From: an uncultured Bacteroidaceae bacterium
Lineage (GTDB): Bacteria; Bacteroidota; Bacteroidia; Bacteroidales; GCA-2748055
Direction: 5' to 3'
NCBI GenBank assembly: GCA_964583445.1
Contig: CAZOXI010000002.1
Location: forward strand, 1-37,226
DNA: 37,226 nt
How positions within the stretch are numbered: position 1 is the first letter of the stretch; each line of letters begins with the position of its first letter. Positions 18,701 through 28,000 of this stretch are shown piece by piece. Position numbers and translations under genes: made by a program. The notes under the pieces were generated by a model. It was not told the DNA's origin and made no database searches. It was given only the letters and a program-made list of their open reading frames with translations.

Positions 18701-18932
18701 ATCCTACATGAGAATCAAGTATTTAACATTGTCATACAGCATACCCCAGAAGTTATGGCTATTAAGAAATCTGGAGGTTTTTGCTACAGCAACAAATCTT
18801 TATACGTTTACTAAATATCTTGGGTATGACCCCGAATTCAGCTTTTCCTACTCCATTCTTGAACAAGGTATAGATTATGGGTTTATGCCGCATACACAAA
18901 GCTATATCCTGGGAGTCAGGATTGGCCTATAA
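15756..18932 (+). CDS. SusC/RagA-family TonB-dependent outer-membrane transporter (SusC2)
   Basis: The track ORF starts at TTG 15735, but the ATG at 15756 gives MNSNKINQVKYFLIWLLCFVSLTFLSNRTYGQ. The carboxypeptidase-regulatory-like domain reads LRVTGTVKGDSGEPVEGVSVSV...DENGQFQV. Plug motifs are TFLRGIRSMHTTSQPLYIVDGLPL and ITILKDYLGSSHYGVRGSNGVVLIETLK. It also carries the NKNTNW motif. Confidence 0.93.
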   Translation: MNSNKINQVKYFLIWLLCFVSLTFLSNRTYGQDSLRVTGTVKGDSGEPVEGVSVSVEGVLGTPAVTDENGQFQVTTPGGDAWIMINPVDTYKSKRIYLNNRKSLILQLTPIDMESGYDLINDQFGPKLRRDFVGAFSAQDPKGSRHYPNQTVDQFFQNKIPGLWATVQSGMPLSGTTTFLRGIRSMHTTSQPLYIVDGLPLEAPGMFQSNLSGYDYNPLSTLEPNDITNITILKDYLGSSHYGVRGSNGVVLIETLKPTELQTTINFSYRTGFSLQPDRIPQLNSDQYKTFANEVLMSSGLYEENYTREFFQLFATENDPEYFKYNKNTNWQDYIFRDALMNDFFLNVMGGDEIARYGLSFSYLKYEGIIKDTDASRVNARFVGSFNIFDWLRMYISTNLSTNNASLNESVLSEKTSPILTSLFKAPILYPFQFDEDGQELSVVEHVNSLGISNPVSIIDKFEGSNKNYRFTTSFKVEGDLWQDHLKWTSMLGINLNSLTESIFMPNTGMELYYNDEAWNVIKKMNNNFYSIYSDNFITFNHSINEKHLINAAAGVRIHQNSLDIDWGIAKNAHEKDEYRQLQDGTSFLREMGGDDANWNRLGSYANASYSYLNRYIMEAGLVGEFSSRVGKNAQDMFLIGEIPFGIFYSAGVAWRISSEQFMKNIYWLEELKLRFTYGEAGNDDIGNLAGLDYYTADHYRETSAMIPGILIDQSIKFERNKQVNAGIDLSLFSDRISLTADWFNIKTEDMFVYEPQPTFMGFDLIPTNNGELSNRGWELSFYSRIFNLKKLKVDISLQLAGFQNRVESIKNDAVVTPFPGGYFISRIGEPVLSFYGYNYLGIYSTEAEAENEGLVNGKGIAFGSGDARFEDISGPEGIPDGVINELDRINLGSPIPKLYGGATTTFSYGRWSVSANLQIVTGQKVFNYVRYENEKMTDLSNQSTHTLSRWTYEGQKTNVPRALYNDPIGNSEFSSRWIEDGSYMRIKYLTLSYSIPQKLWLLRNLEVFATATNLYTFTKYLGYDPEFSFSYSILEQGIDYGFMPHTQSYILGVRIGL

Positions 18933-18945
18933 ATCAGGAAAACTT

Positions 18946-20850
18946 ATGAAAACTAAAGAGCAAATAAACAATACAATCAAAATTTACATTCCAATCTTAT
19001 TCATGGCTGTAATGCTATTTTCAACATCATGTGAGAACTTTTTCGATCCCGAACAGGAACTTGTGCTTGAAACAGAGAACTTTTATAAAGACTGGAGCGA
19101 ATACCGTTCCGCTGAAATGGGCCTCTATGCATTGCAGCAGAATCTAGTTGACCAGATTGTAATATTGGGAGAACTCAGGGCAGATCTTTTAGAGATTACC
19201 CCTAATGCAGACAAAGATTTAATTGAAGTGTACAATTTTCAAATAACCAGAGAGAATAAGTTTGCATCTCCGGTTAACTTCTACAAGCTTATCGGAGCAT
19301 GTAACAAATTGATCAACAAGCTTGAATCCTCACACCCTGAGGTGCTTTCCGAAGAGGATCCAACTGATTATGACAGGCTTTATGGGGAAGCAAAATGCAT
19401 GCGGGCATGGGCCTATTTCAATGCAGTACGGATATATGGTAAAATTCCCTATATCTGGCCGTCTCTTACGTCAGCCTCTGAGATCAATGATTATGTAAAC
19501 TCTACAATTGTTTATATCGACTCTGTTGATATCAAGTTTCACCCCGGGGGGTATTTTAATGATACCATTTTTAATACGCCTGATACGCTTAACAGGATTT
19601 TCTTAGACCTTGACCAGGTGGTCGACACTTTCACCGTCGAACTGGAAAGGGATATAAAGGCAGTAGGAGTTATCCACAATAAGGATAATTTTGATGCAAC
19701 CTGGGATGTAACTATCTGGACATATTACGCTTATAAATGTCTCCTGGGCCAAATGTATTTGTATCAGGGAGACTATGTAAATGCGGAAAAGCATTTCAGA
19801 CCGATCCTGTACAATACTGATTCTGAAACCAATGCTATAAAATACGGCCTTGATAACAGATTCGCCTATAATAGTTGGAAAAATATTTTTGCCGGATTGG
19901 ATAGTTATGAGCATATCTTAACCCTTTGGTTTGGTAAGTCATACCAACAGCAACACAATCTGCAGCGATACTTTGACAAAGAATTGCCCAATCAGTATAT
20001 GATCAAACCAACTACTATTGCAGTGCACAACTGGGAAACACAGTGGGAAGGAATGCGTTATCCTCGAAACATTATAGATCCGAATAATGTGGAAATGAGA
20101 AGTATAGGAACACCTGGAGATCTTTATCGTGGCCATGGTATATCTTACGCTTATTTTAAAGGGTCTTCGGTTCTGACTCAAGGCACTGTAAGGGATATGT
20201 TAGATTTTAAGAGACAGCAGCTTCCAAAAGATGTCGAAAGGATAATGAGTGGAGTAGACACGATGGTCTATAAATACACTTATGGCAAGCAACCCTATGA
20301 TCAGGATGCCAATTTTATAATTTACAGAGCCGCCGGTATTCATCTATATATGGCAGAGATATCTGCAAGGTGGGAATGGGATCATTCGGATGATGGTTCC
20401 GGCAGCAATATCATTCCTGAACTGAATTTGGGATTAAAGATTATTAATAATGGGAATTATTCCACAAATCCCAATAGACAATTAGGGGTCAGGGGCCGGG
20501 TTGGATTTGGAGGAGAAGATTTACATCAGGACAGGGAAAATGATGATATTATTGTTGCTGGCAGAATTTACATTCATGATCTGTTTACAAATGAGGTTAT
20601 CGGATACGAGGATTATCCAACTTTAGCAGAAAAACAAGACTATTTTGAGAATGAAATAATGGAGGAGCGGGCCAGGGAACTTGCATTTGAAGGTGATCGG
20701 TTCTTCGATCTTATCAGGATCGCTAAGCGAAGAAATGACCCATCCTACCTGGCAGATAAGGTAGCCCAAAAATTCCGCGGGGCAAGACGGGAACAAATCC
20801 GTACACTCCTGATGGATGAAAATAACTGGTATGTTCCGTTTTATGAATAA
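18946..20850 (+). CDS. SusD/RagB-family outer-membrane lipoprotein (SusD2)
   Basis: The ATG at 18946 gives MKTKEQINNTIKIYIPILFMAVMLFSTSC, a lipobox signal. SusD motifs are RAWAYFNAVRIYGKIPY and, near the C-terminus, EERARELAFEGDRFFDLIR. It starts 13 nt after SusC2. Confidence 0.9.
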   Translation: MKTKEQINNTIKIYIPILFMAVMLFSTSCENFFDPEQELVLETENFYKDWSEYRSAEMGLYALQQNLVDQIVILGELRADLLEITPNADKDLIEVYNFQITRENKFASPVNFYKLIGACNKLINKLESSHPEVLSEEDPTDYDRLYGEAKCMRAWAYFNAVRIYGKIPYIWPSLTSASEINDYVNSTIVYIDSVDIKFHPGGYFNDTIFNTPDTLNRIFLDLDQVVDTFTVELERDIKAVGVIHNKDNFDATWDVTIWTYYAYKCLLGQMYLYQGDYVNAEKHFRPILYNTDSETNAIKYGLDNRFAYNSWKNIFAGLDSYEHILTLWFGKSYQQQHNLQRYFDKELPNQYMIKPTTIAVHNWETQWEGMRYPRNIIDPNNVEMRSIGTPGDLYRGHGISYAYFKGSSVLTQGTVRDMLDFKRQQLPKDVERIMSGVDTMVYKYTYGKQPYDQDANFIIYRAAGIHLYMAEISARWEWDHSDDGSGSNIIPELNLGLKIINNGNYSTNPNRQLGVRGRVGFGGEDLHQDRENDDIIVAGRIYIHDLFTNEVIGYEDYPTLAEKQDYFENEIMEERARELAFEGDRFFDLIRIAKRRNDPSYLADKVAQKFRGARREQIRTLLMDENNWYVPFYE

Positions 20851-21188
20851 GGATGTAAGTAACGAATAACTATAAGGAGCTATGCTTTATCTATGGGTGA
20901 GCTATACTTGGAAAAGCTGAATTTCTGGAAAATTCCTTACACTCGGCATGCCAGGGCAACTTATGGATTGATGCCAGTTTACCCGAATTGAATACATAAT
21001 ACGATGAAACCCCAGACCTGAGTCCTGCCTTCCTGGACACTTCAGCCAGTTCTATTCGTACTTCGGTTTTTCTGAAACGGTGGACACCTGTTGCGGTTTC
21101 ATGATGTCATTCCAATGAGAATGATCAATGCCGGCTGCAAACATTTATAAGTTTTCATATCAATTCAATTATTATCCATTTGTAACAA

Positions 21189-23462
21189 TCAGTTCTTATG
21201 AAGGTAGATCAACCCGCAATCATCTACAAACACCTTTCCCTTCCCATCTGAGACCCGTCTGAGATAAACGGTGGCTTTTGTCTGATCCGGGGCTGTACGA
21301 AACCTGACAAGCACCCGGTACCAGTAGGGTGCTTTGTTTTCCATGAACGGAGACTGTTGCTCTCCGTCATGGCTGTCCCTTACACCTATGCAGGCCAGTT
21401 CTCCCTTGTCGACCCGGAGAAAGGCTGCCAACTCGTACCAGGAGCCAGGCTCCAAACCGGTCACAGTTTGGAATACTTCACTCCTCGCACCTAACATCAA
21501 ACTGGCAGCCCCCATCCTGATGGTGGCCGTATCCGGCGTGCCTTGTCCTTTGTGATCTCTCTCGACTTCCACTTGACCTGACGTCACCCAGGGCCGAATA
21601 TGATCCTCATGTTCGAAAGCCGCATTCTCCAGACGGTTTCGGTGCAGTGGTTTCGACCTGGTTGTATCCAGCAAAGGAGGGTTCCCGAAATTGTGTCCGG
21701 CCCGCCAGTTTACTCCACCAAACTCATATGCTCCAAGATCCGGAGCCTTACCAATATAGGCATCATTGATGCCTTTCACTACAATCCCTGCATCAATACA
21801 TTTTGAAGTCGGCTCCAGGAATTTATTATCTATCAATCCCTCGTAATTCTGCATGTTGTTTCCCCATGCATAATTTCCTGCAGATGTTAAACTGTATCTG
21901 GTAAAAATGTTATTGAAGAAACGACTGCCGTGCAGGTCGGGCAGATACTGATTTCCCCAATCAGAACGAAATCCATAATCATCGGAGGTAAAAGTATTAT
22001 TGTAAGCAAGATGATACTGGGCATAATGATTGATGTGGAATCCGGAAAAACTTACTCCCCAAATTACGTTGTGATGCGACACTATATTCTGTGTCCCGTG
22101 ATCATAGTATAGTCCCATATTAAGATGGGGAGCCAGGTTATCATGCATCCAATTGTAACGCACTTCTGTTCCATCTCCCTCAATTACATTCCCGTACGTA
22201 AGCCCATTATCGCTTGTCAGCATTCCTGCATGATACATATCGCAGAACTGGATAAGTGCTTTTTGCATGCCCCCGTAATCGATCATTGAACGTCCACTCC
22301 TGCAAAGTGTACAATGGCTTACAATGTTACCTTTCCCGCGAAGGGTAACACAGCTCGCATAGGTACCCAGATAATCTGTATCGTGGATGTAACAATTGTA
22401 GACAAGGTTGTACTTACCATCCAGTACGATCCCTGATGCTGCACTGTAAGCGATCTCGCAATTACGCACTTCACAATGCTTTCCCAGTATCATCACTCCT
22501 GTCCCGACTGGACTGCGATAAAGTCGGTTGGCCTCGGACGAGTGATACGGGTAAAGGATTTCCAAACCATCAAGGATCACTTTTTCTGACTTACTGTCAG
22601 TTGCGATCGTTGCAGCAAAAATATCTATATCCATAATTTGAATGTTCGAAAGACCCGAAAGATCAAAGGCCAGATGACGGCGTTTAATATAAAATGGTTC
22701 TGACGGAAATGTGCCTTCGGGTCGATAAATATAGAGATACCCCTCCGTGTTGTCATAATACCATTCATTGGTTGTATCCAGTGCTGCCAGACAGCCGTAA
22801 AGGAAGTAGTCTGCCCCCGGTGTGGTAACGTGCCGCTTGGGTGCGGGGAAAGGTGCCAGATCCTCAATCACGAGGCTTCCCTTTGCAAAGGAGATGACCC
22901 TGGTGGTCCAGTCCGACCAGTATTTGGGTGCATGTACCCATACCCCAGCACCGGACCAATCAAGATCGGGCAGGTCTGGATCAACGATCATATCAGGAGT
23001 GCTGCCTTTCTCCATGACTGCCAATGTAGGTATCAGAGGATCGCTTCCCGAGTTGGGCCAACGTGCCTCAATCAGCATATGATCTCCCAGGAACACCTGG
23101 TTCTCATGTTCCATTTCCATTTCAATCTCTGCCCGGAAGAACCCGCCCTTCCGTTTCTCCCAGCGTTCAGGTGCTACCGGATCGGCTCCGGTAATAATTA
23201 CGCTCCCCTTTTTTCCTGAAGGCTTGAAAATAATCGGACGATCCTCTGTTCCGGAGAAAGAGGGACGTACTGATTCAGAATAGATTCCCGGGGCAATCAG
23301 GCATAAATCTCCCGGCTGCATTACGTCAGCGGCTTCCTGTATTGTTTGAAAAGGTTTATATTTCGAACCATCCCCTCCGCTATTTACAGTGGCATCCACA
23401 TAGTATTGTTGCGTAAATCCGGGTAGGGAGATGAAAAGTGCCAGATAAATAAGGTGTTTCAT
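21189..23462 (-). CDS. Secreted right-handed parallel beta-helix (pectin-lyase-fold) protein with a C-terminal CBM4/9-like domain; candidate glycan-active enzyme of unassigned family
   Basis: The track start at 23468 is a TTG; the ATG at 23462 gives MKHLIYLALFISLPGFTQQ. The N-terminal cap is YYVDATVNSGGDGSKYKPFQTIQEAADVMQPGDLCLIAPGIYSE...RPIIFKP. Beta-helix coil repeats include NCEIAYSAASGIVLDGKYNLVYNCYIHDT and GNIVSHCTLCRSGRSMIDYGG. The C-terminal region starts NAAFEHEDHIRPW and ends VFVDDCGL, which is CBM-like. Confidence 0.8.
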   Translation of the reverse strand: MKHLIYLALFISLPGFTQQYYVDATVNSGGDGSKYKPFQTIQEAADVMQPGDLCLIAPGIYSESVRPSFSGTEDRPIIFKPSGKKGSVIITGADPVAPERWEKRKGGFFRAEIEMEMEHENQVFLGDHMLIEARWPNSGSDPLIPTLAVMEKGSTPDMIVDPDLPDLDWSGAGVWVHAPKYWSDWTTRVISFAKGSLVIEDLAPFPAPKRHVTTPGADYFLYGCLAALDTTNEWYYDNTEGYLYIYRPEGTFPSEPFYIKRRHLAFDLSGLSNIQIMDIDIFAATIATDSKSEKVILDGLEILYPYHSSEANRLYRSPVGTGVMILGKHCEVRNCEIAYSAASGIVLDGKYNLVYNCYIHDTDYLGTYASCVTLRGKGNIVSHCTLCRSGRSMIDYGGMQKALIQFCDMYHAGMLTSDNGLTYGNVIEGDGTEVRYNWMHDNLAPHLNMGLYYDHGTQNIVSHHNVIWGVSFSGFHINHYAQYHLAYNNTFTSDDYGFRSDWGNQYLPDLHGSRFFNNIFTRYSLTSAGNYAWGNNMQNYEGLIDNKFLEPTSKCIDAGIVVKGINDAYIGKAPDLGAYEFGGVNWRAGHNFGNPPLLDTTRSKPLHRNRLENAAFEHEDHIRPWVTSGQVEVERDHKGQGTPDTATIRMGAASLMLGARSEVFQTVTGLEPGSWYELAAFLRVDKGELACIGVRDSHDGEQQSPFMENKAPYWYRVLVRFRTAPDQTKATVYLRRVSDGKGKVFVDDCGLIYLHKN

Positions 23463-23464
23463 AT

Positions 23465-24892
23465 TCAATTCACAGGTTTAGTTAGTTCGGTTTTTTTCCT
23501 GTTGAGCGTGGACGGGGGCCTGCGTTTTCTCCAGTGCTCCTCAATCTGTTCCAGGGTAACTCCTTTCGTTTCAGGAATAAAGTGATATCCCCATATAATC
23601 GAGAGAATACCCAGAAGCGCGTAAAGCCAAAAAGCACCTGAGGGGGTAAGTGCATTGACCAGCTTTAAGAAGGTGAATGCAATGATCCCGTTGAACACCC
23701 AATTTGACAAGGACCCCATACTCATTCCGATCCCCCGTACCTTTAACGGGAAAATTTCTGAGAGGATCAGCCAGCCGAGAGGACCGAGACTGATGGAGAA
23801 AAACCCGACATAAAACAACATGCAAATCATAGCGATATACTTCAAAGAATCCCCAAGTTGATTTTCGAAATGAAAGGCAAACCCGATCCCAATCAGACCC
23901 AATACCATTCCGGAAAGACCGGTAAAAAAGAGAGGACGCCTGCCCACACGATCGATAATTAAAACCGATACAATGGTACAGATTACTATGAAGATTCCCA
24001 GAATAACAGATGGCAGAATGGTCATGGCATTGCTTTCAATCCCTGCGATCCTGAATATTTTAGGAGAATAATAAATAATCGTATTGATCCCTGTCATCTG
24101 CTGAAAGAACATAATACCCATGCCTATAATAAGAGGATTCCGAAGCCAGGGCCTAAAAAGACCATCCCAACCTTCTTTTTCAGATTCCCGTAAAATATCC
24201 TTTTGCATATCCTGAACAGCCTTATCAACCAGTTCAGGGCGCTCCACTTTACTTAGAATTTTTCGACTCTCTTCGGCCCTACCTTTCTTCATCAGCCAGC
24301 GCGGTGTTTCGGGCAGGAAGATCATTCCTATAAACAATAACAGGGCCGGAAATACACCAACATAAAACATCCAGCGCCATGAATATGGATCAGCATCATT
24401 GGCGATCAAATAATCACTGATATAGGAAACAAGTATCCCAATCGCTATCATCAGCTGATTCAAAGAAACCAGGCTCCCTCTGTTTCCTGCCGGGGAGACT
24501 TCCGAAATGTAAAGTGGAACGGTGAAAGATGCCACTCCGATCGCCACTCCAATAACCATTCTTCCAATAACGAGAGAGGAAACACTTCCTGCTGCTCCTG
24601 TCCATAATGCCCCAATGGCGAAGATCACAGCTGTGAACAGGATGACCTTTTTTCTCCCCAACAAATCAGCTATTCTTCCGCTAAGTGCAGCTCCTATCAC
24701 AGCTCCAATAAGTACTGCAGTTGTGATCCACTCAAGTTGTGAATCGTTCACTCCCCAGCCTGCCGGGTCCTGAAGAAAATTCTGGGCACCGGAAATAACG
24801 CCTGTATCGAAACCGAAGAGCAGTCCGCCCGTGGCAGCCACAGATGCTATCATGATCACAGGGGCCTTTCTAAAATGACTTACTTTGTCCAT
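23465..24892 (-). CDS. MFS sugar-porter family transporter (monosaccharide:H+ symporter type, XylE/GalP/AraE-like)
   Basis: Sugar-porter signatures are GGLLFGFDTGVISGA, GRIADLLGRKKVIL, PLYISEVSPAGNRGSLVSLNQLMIAIGIL and PETPRWL. About 12 hydrophobic segments are visible. Its TGA stop lies 2 nt before the ATG of the beta-helix gene. Confidence 0.93.
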   Translation of the reverse strand: MDKVSHFRKAPVIMIASVAATGGLLFGFDTGVISGAQNFLQDPAGWGVNDSQLEWITTAVLIGAVIGAALSGRIADLLGRKKVILFTAVIFAIGALWTGAAGSVSSLVIGRMVIGVAIGVASFTVPLYISEVSPAGNRGSLVSLNQLMIAIGILVSYISDYLIANDADPYSWRWMFYVGVFPALLLFIGMIFLPETPRWLMKKGRAEESRKILSKVERPELVDKAVQDMQKDILRESEKEGWDGLFRPWLRNPLIIGMGIMFFQQMTGINTIIYYSPKIFRIAGIESNAMTILPSVILGIFIVICTIVSVLIIDRVGRRPLFFTGLSGMVLGLIGIGFAFHFENQLGDSLKYIAMICMLFYVGFFSISLGPLGWLILSEIFPLKVRGIGMSMGSLSNWVFNGIIAFTFLKLVNALTPSGAFWLYALLGILSIIWGYHFIPETKGVTLEQIEEHWRKRRPPSTLNRKKTELTKPVN

Positions 24893-25010
24893 AAGTTGTA
24901 TATGTTTTTATCCTAAATGTAATGCAAATGATAAAATTTATAGGGTGCCGGGAATGACCAAATACAGGTGTGAAATGCGCTGTTTTTACACTTATTCAAA
25001 TAAATATTTG

Positions 25011-25018
25011 TAAATTTG
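25011..25018 (+). promoter_or_regulatory. Candidate Bacteroidota -7 promoter box (TAnnTTTG) for the HTCS gene
   Basis: TAAATTTG matches the TAnnTTTG consensus exactly and sits about 39 nt upstream of the ATG at 25057. I see no clear -33 TTTG partner, and this is motif matching only. Confidence 0.25.
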
Positions 25019-25056
25019 GAGTAACTCCTCGACAAATAATAAACTACAATACTACG

Positions 25057-28000
25057 ATGGATAATGTATTAAAAGGAATGCATTGGCAAATAATAATACT
25101 AGTGACATTATTTGCTGTGCTGGGGATTAAGGGAAGAGCGCAGGAGAAGTATTTGTTTGAACACATCACTACTCTCAATGGACTACCAGAGAATTATATC
25201 AATTGTATACATCAGGACGCTGACGGTTTTCTTTGGCTGGGAACTCACGATGGACTCTGCCGCTATGATGGAAGCCAATTTGAGGTTTTCTCGCTTGATA
25301 GAAAAAAAACTAACTGGATCCGAAGCATCCTAATCAGGCATATTTCAGAAGACAACGACAGAAATCTCTGGATCCTGACCACCGATCTTGGTATTTATCG
25401 CTACGATCTCGACAGAAATTATTTCCAATACCTTGGAATGCCTGGTATTCTTTCTGATTTGCAACCAAGTGAACTCCTGTTAACCAGAAGGATCGGGAAT
25501 GATTTGCTAGTAGGAACCCAGTCCGGTTTGGTCGTTATAGAACTGAACAAACATGAAAATGACAAAAAAATCTATAATTCTTTTAAAATGCAGGGTGTTC
25601 CGGCAATCTGGCACATGTCAGGTGATGAAAGAAATAATGACAGCACTGTCTGGATCGCTACTGATAATGGGTTATTCCTATACCGGAATGAAGGAAAAAG
25701 AAACCGAATTCTTAAACATTTTCCAAAGCAAGGATCGCCCCGGATCCATTATCTTGTGCAGAACAGTGAAGAAATCTTACTGGCATCCGAGGACGGAATA
25801 TATAATTTCACAATTCAAAAGGGCTATTATAAATTATACTCCTACAATGCATTGACTCTTCTGCTGGATGTAAAAGGAAAGCTTTGGGCGTATGGAAATA
25901 ACAATCTGACAGTTTTTGACTACTGTGACCAAACTGGTGAAGAAAAAGAAAAAAGAAAAGTACTGCAAGAAGGGTGGGAATCAACCAAAATTACCAGCAA
26001 TCTGGTTACCGAGCTGTACTCAGACCGCACAGGAATTGTTTGGATCGGCACTCAAAATGGATTGAATAAATATAATCCAAACAGAAAACAATTCGCACAC
26101 TACCGAAATACCGGTAAAGATGGGAGTCTGTCCAGTAACAGTATCCGTACGATCTTCGAAGATTCCTACAACAACCTGTGGATCGGCACAAATGGCGGTG
26201 GACTGAACTTTCTCCCTTCTCAGAGTTACAACCAAATGGATTTCAATAATTTTCTACACTACAGGGTGAATCCTACAGGACCAGATCATGATGCCTATTG
26301 CATTGAGCAGGTAATATTCGGGAAAGACACAATCTTTCTTATCGGCACTAGCCTGCCTGAAGCCATCGCATTTTACCGGCTCAAGAATGGAATTCCCGTT
26401 AAAACGAAACCACCATTCAGTACTTCTGCCTTTAAGTCAAGTATATTCGATATTGAAGATGACGATAAGTACATTTGGTTTGCAAGTATTTTTAATGGGT
26501 TATACCGTTATGAGAAGCATAGCTCCCGTATCGACCACTATCATCAGAATGACGGACATTCAGTGTCTTCGAACATTATAAGGGATGTCATGCTCGACAG
26601 CAAAGCCAATTTATGGATAGCCACTGGGGAAGGACTGAGTTTTCTTCCGCAAGAAGAAAAGAATGCTGCCAGCCCCGTATTTGGAGCTTTCCATTTTATT
26701 CCCGGGGATACCTGCAGTATTGCGCATCATTATGTATTAACTCTTTTTGAAGACTCCAAGGGCAATATCTGGGTGGGAACCATGGGTGGAGGCCTGAATA
26801 AATATTTAGGTGATGGGAAATTTCTTACCATCGATGATAATGATGGCCTCCCCAATAAGGTTATCAAAGGAATCCTCGAGGACGAGGATGGGAATCTCTG
26901 GATTTCCTCTAATAAAGGATTAAGCAGATTAAACCCTCATACAATGGAAATCATTAATTTTGACCTGAATGACGGCCTTCAGGATTATGAGTTCGGAGAT
27001 CTCGCCTGTGCAAAGATATCCAATGGAAATATGATATTTGGCGGCGCCAGGGGGCTAACAGTTTTCAAGCCGGAAGAAATCAAGAGGGAGACAACCCTTC
27101 CGGAAGTTGTATTCACAGAACTGCAAATTCTTAACCAAAAAGTGGAGGTTGGCCAGAAGGTCAACGGACGTGTTTTACTGGACCTGGTCGTTGATAAATC
27201 AGATGAAATCAGACTAAAATACTCCGAAAACAGCTTTTCCTTCACTTTTGCGGGCCTCCACTTTTCTTCACCTGCAAAAGTAGAGTACAAATATATGCTG
27301 GAAGGTTTCAACGAGGATTGGATAAAAACAAAAGCGCCGGACAATACTGCCAAATATACAAGCCTTCCTCCGGGAAAGTATACACTTAAGATCATGGCTT
27401 CCAACAATGACGGAATTTGGAACCCGCTTCCAAAAACGCTAAATATTAAAGTCTTGCCCCCATTCTGGTATTCCCTGCCTGCCCTGATAGTATATGCATT
27501 GGTTCTGTTCACAGTCATTCTTTTCTTCAAACGTTATACTTTTATAAGAATCAGAGAAAAGCATAAACTGCAAATGGAACAGTTCGAACAGGACAAGATC
27601 AATGAACTGGCCCAAATGAAACTCAGGTTTTATACAAATATCTCACATGAATTTCGAACTCCGCTAACGCTTATTATCGGGCCTGTGAAACTCCTTATGC
27701 AGAAATATAACTCACTGACACCTTCCAGATCAAAGCAGTTGCTGCAAACTGTATATAGGAACTCAGCCATGCTGTTGAGGCTCATTAACCAATTGATGGA
27801 TATCAGAAAAATGGAGCAGAATAAGATGCAGCTGAGTGCCTCCAAAGGAAACTTTTACCTTACAGCGAAGGAAATTTATGAATCATTTAAAGAAATGGCA
27901 TTTCAGAAGAGGATCAATTATACATTCAACAGCTTCAGTAATGACATCGAACTTTGGTACGAAACTGAAAAGATAGAAAAGATACTATACAATCTCCTTT

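Noticed and set aside
20851-21188. 338-bp spacer between the convergent SusD2 and beta-helix genes, with a ~70-codon stop-free minus-strand frame (…RFRKTEVRIELAEVSRKAGLRSGVSSYYVFNSGK…) and a 32-codon plus-strand ORF
   Set aside because: The long frame has no start codon and no recognisable family. The HTH-like resemblance is too weak to call. I found no convincing terminator hairpin with a U-tract either, so I leave it as unexplained non-coding DNA.
24970-25056. GTG-initiated extension of the HTCS ORF, and similar alternative-start extensions at 14169, 15735, 18877, 23468 and 36860
   Set aside because: Each uses a TTG, GTG or distant start and adds residues before an obvious signal peptide or lipobox that begins at an internal ATG. 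The 36642..36860 extension also crosses an AT-rich, promoter-like region.
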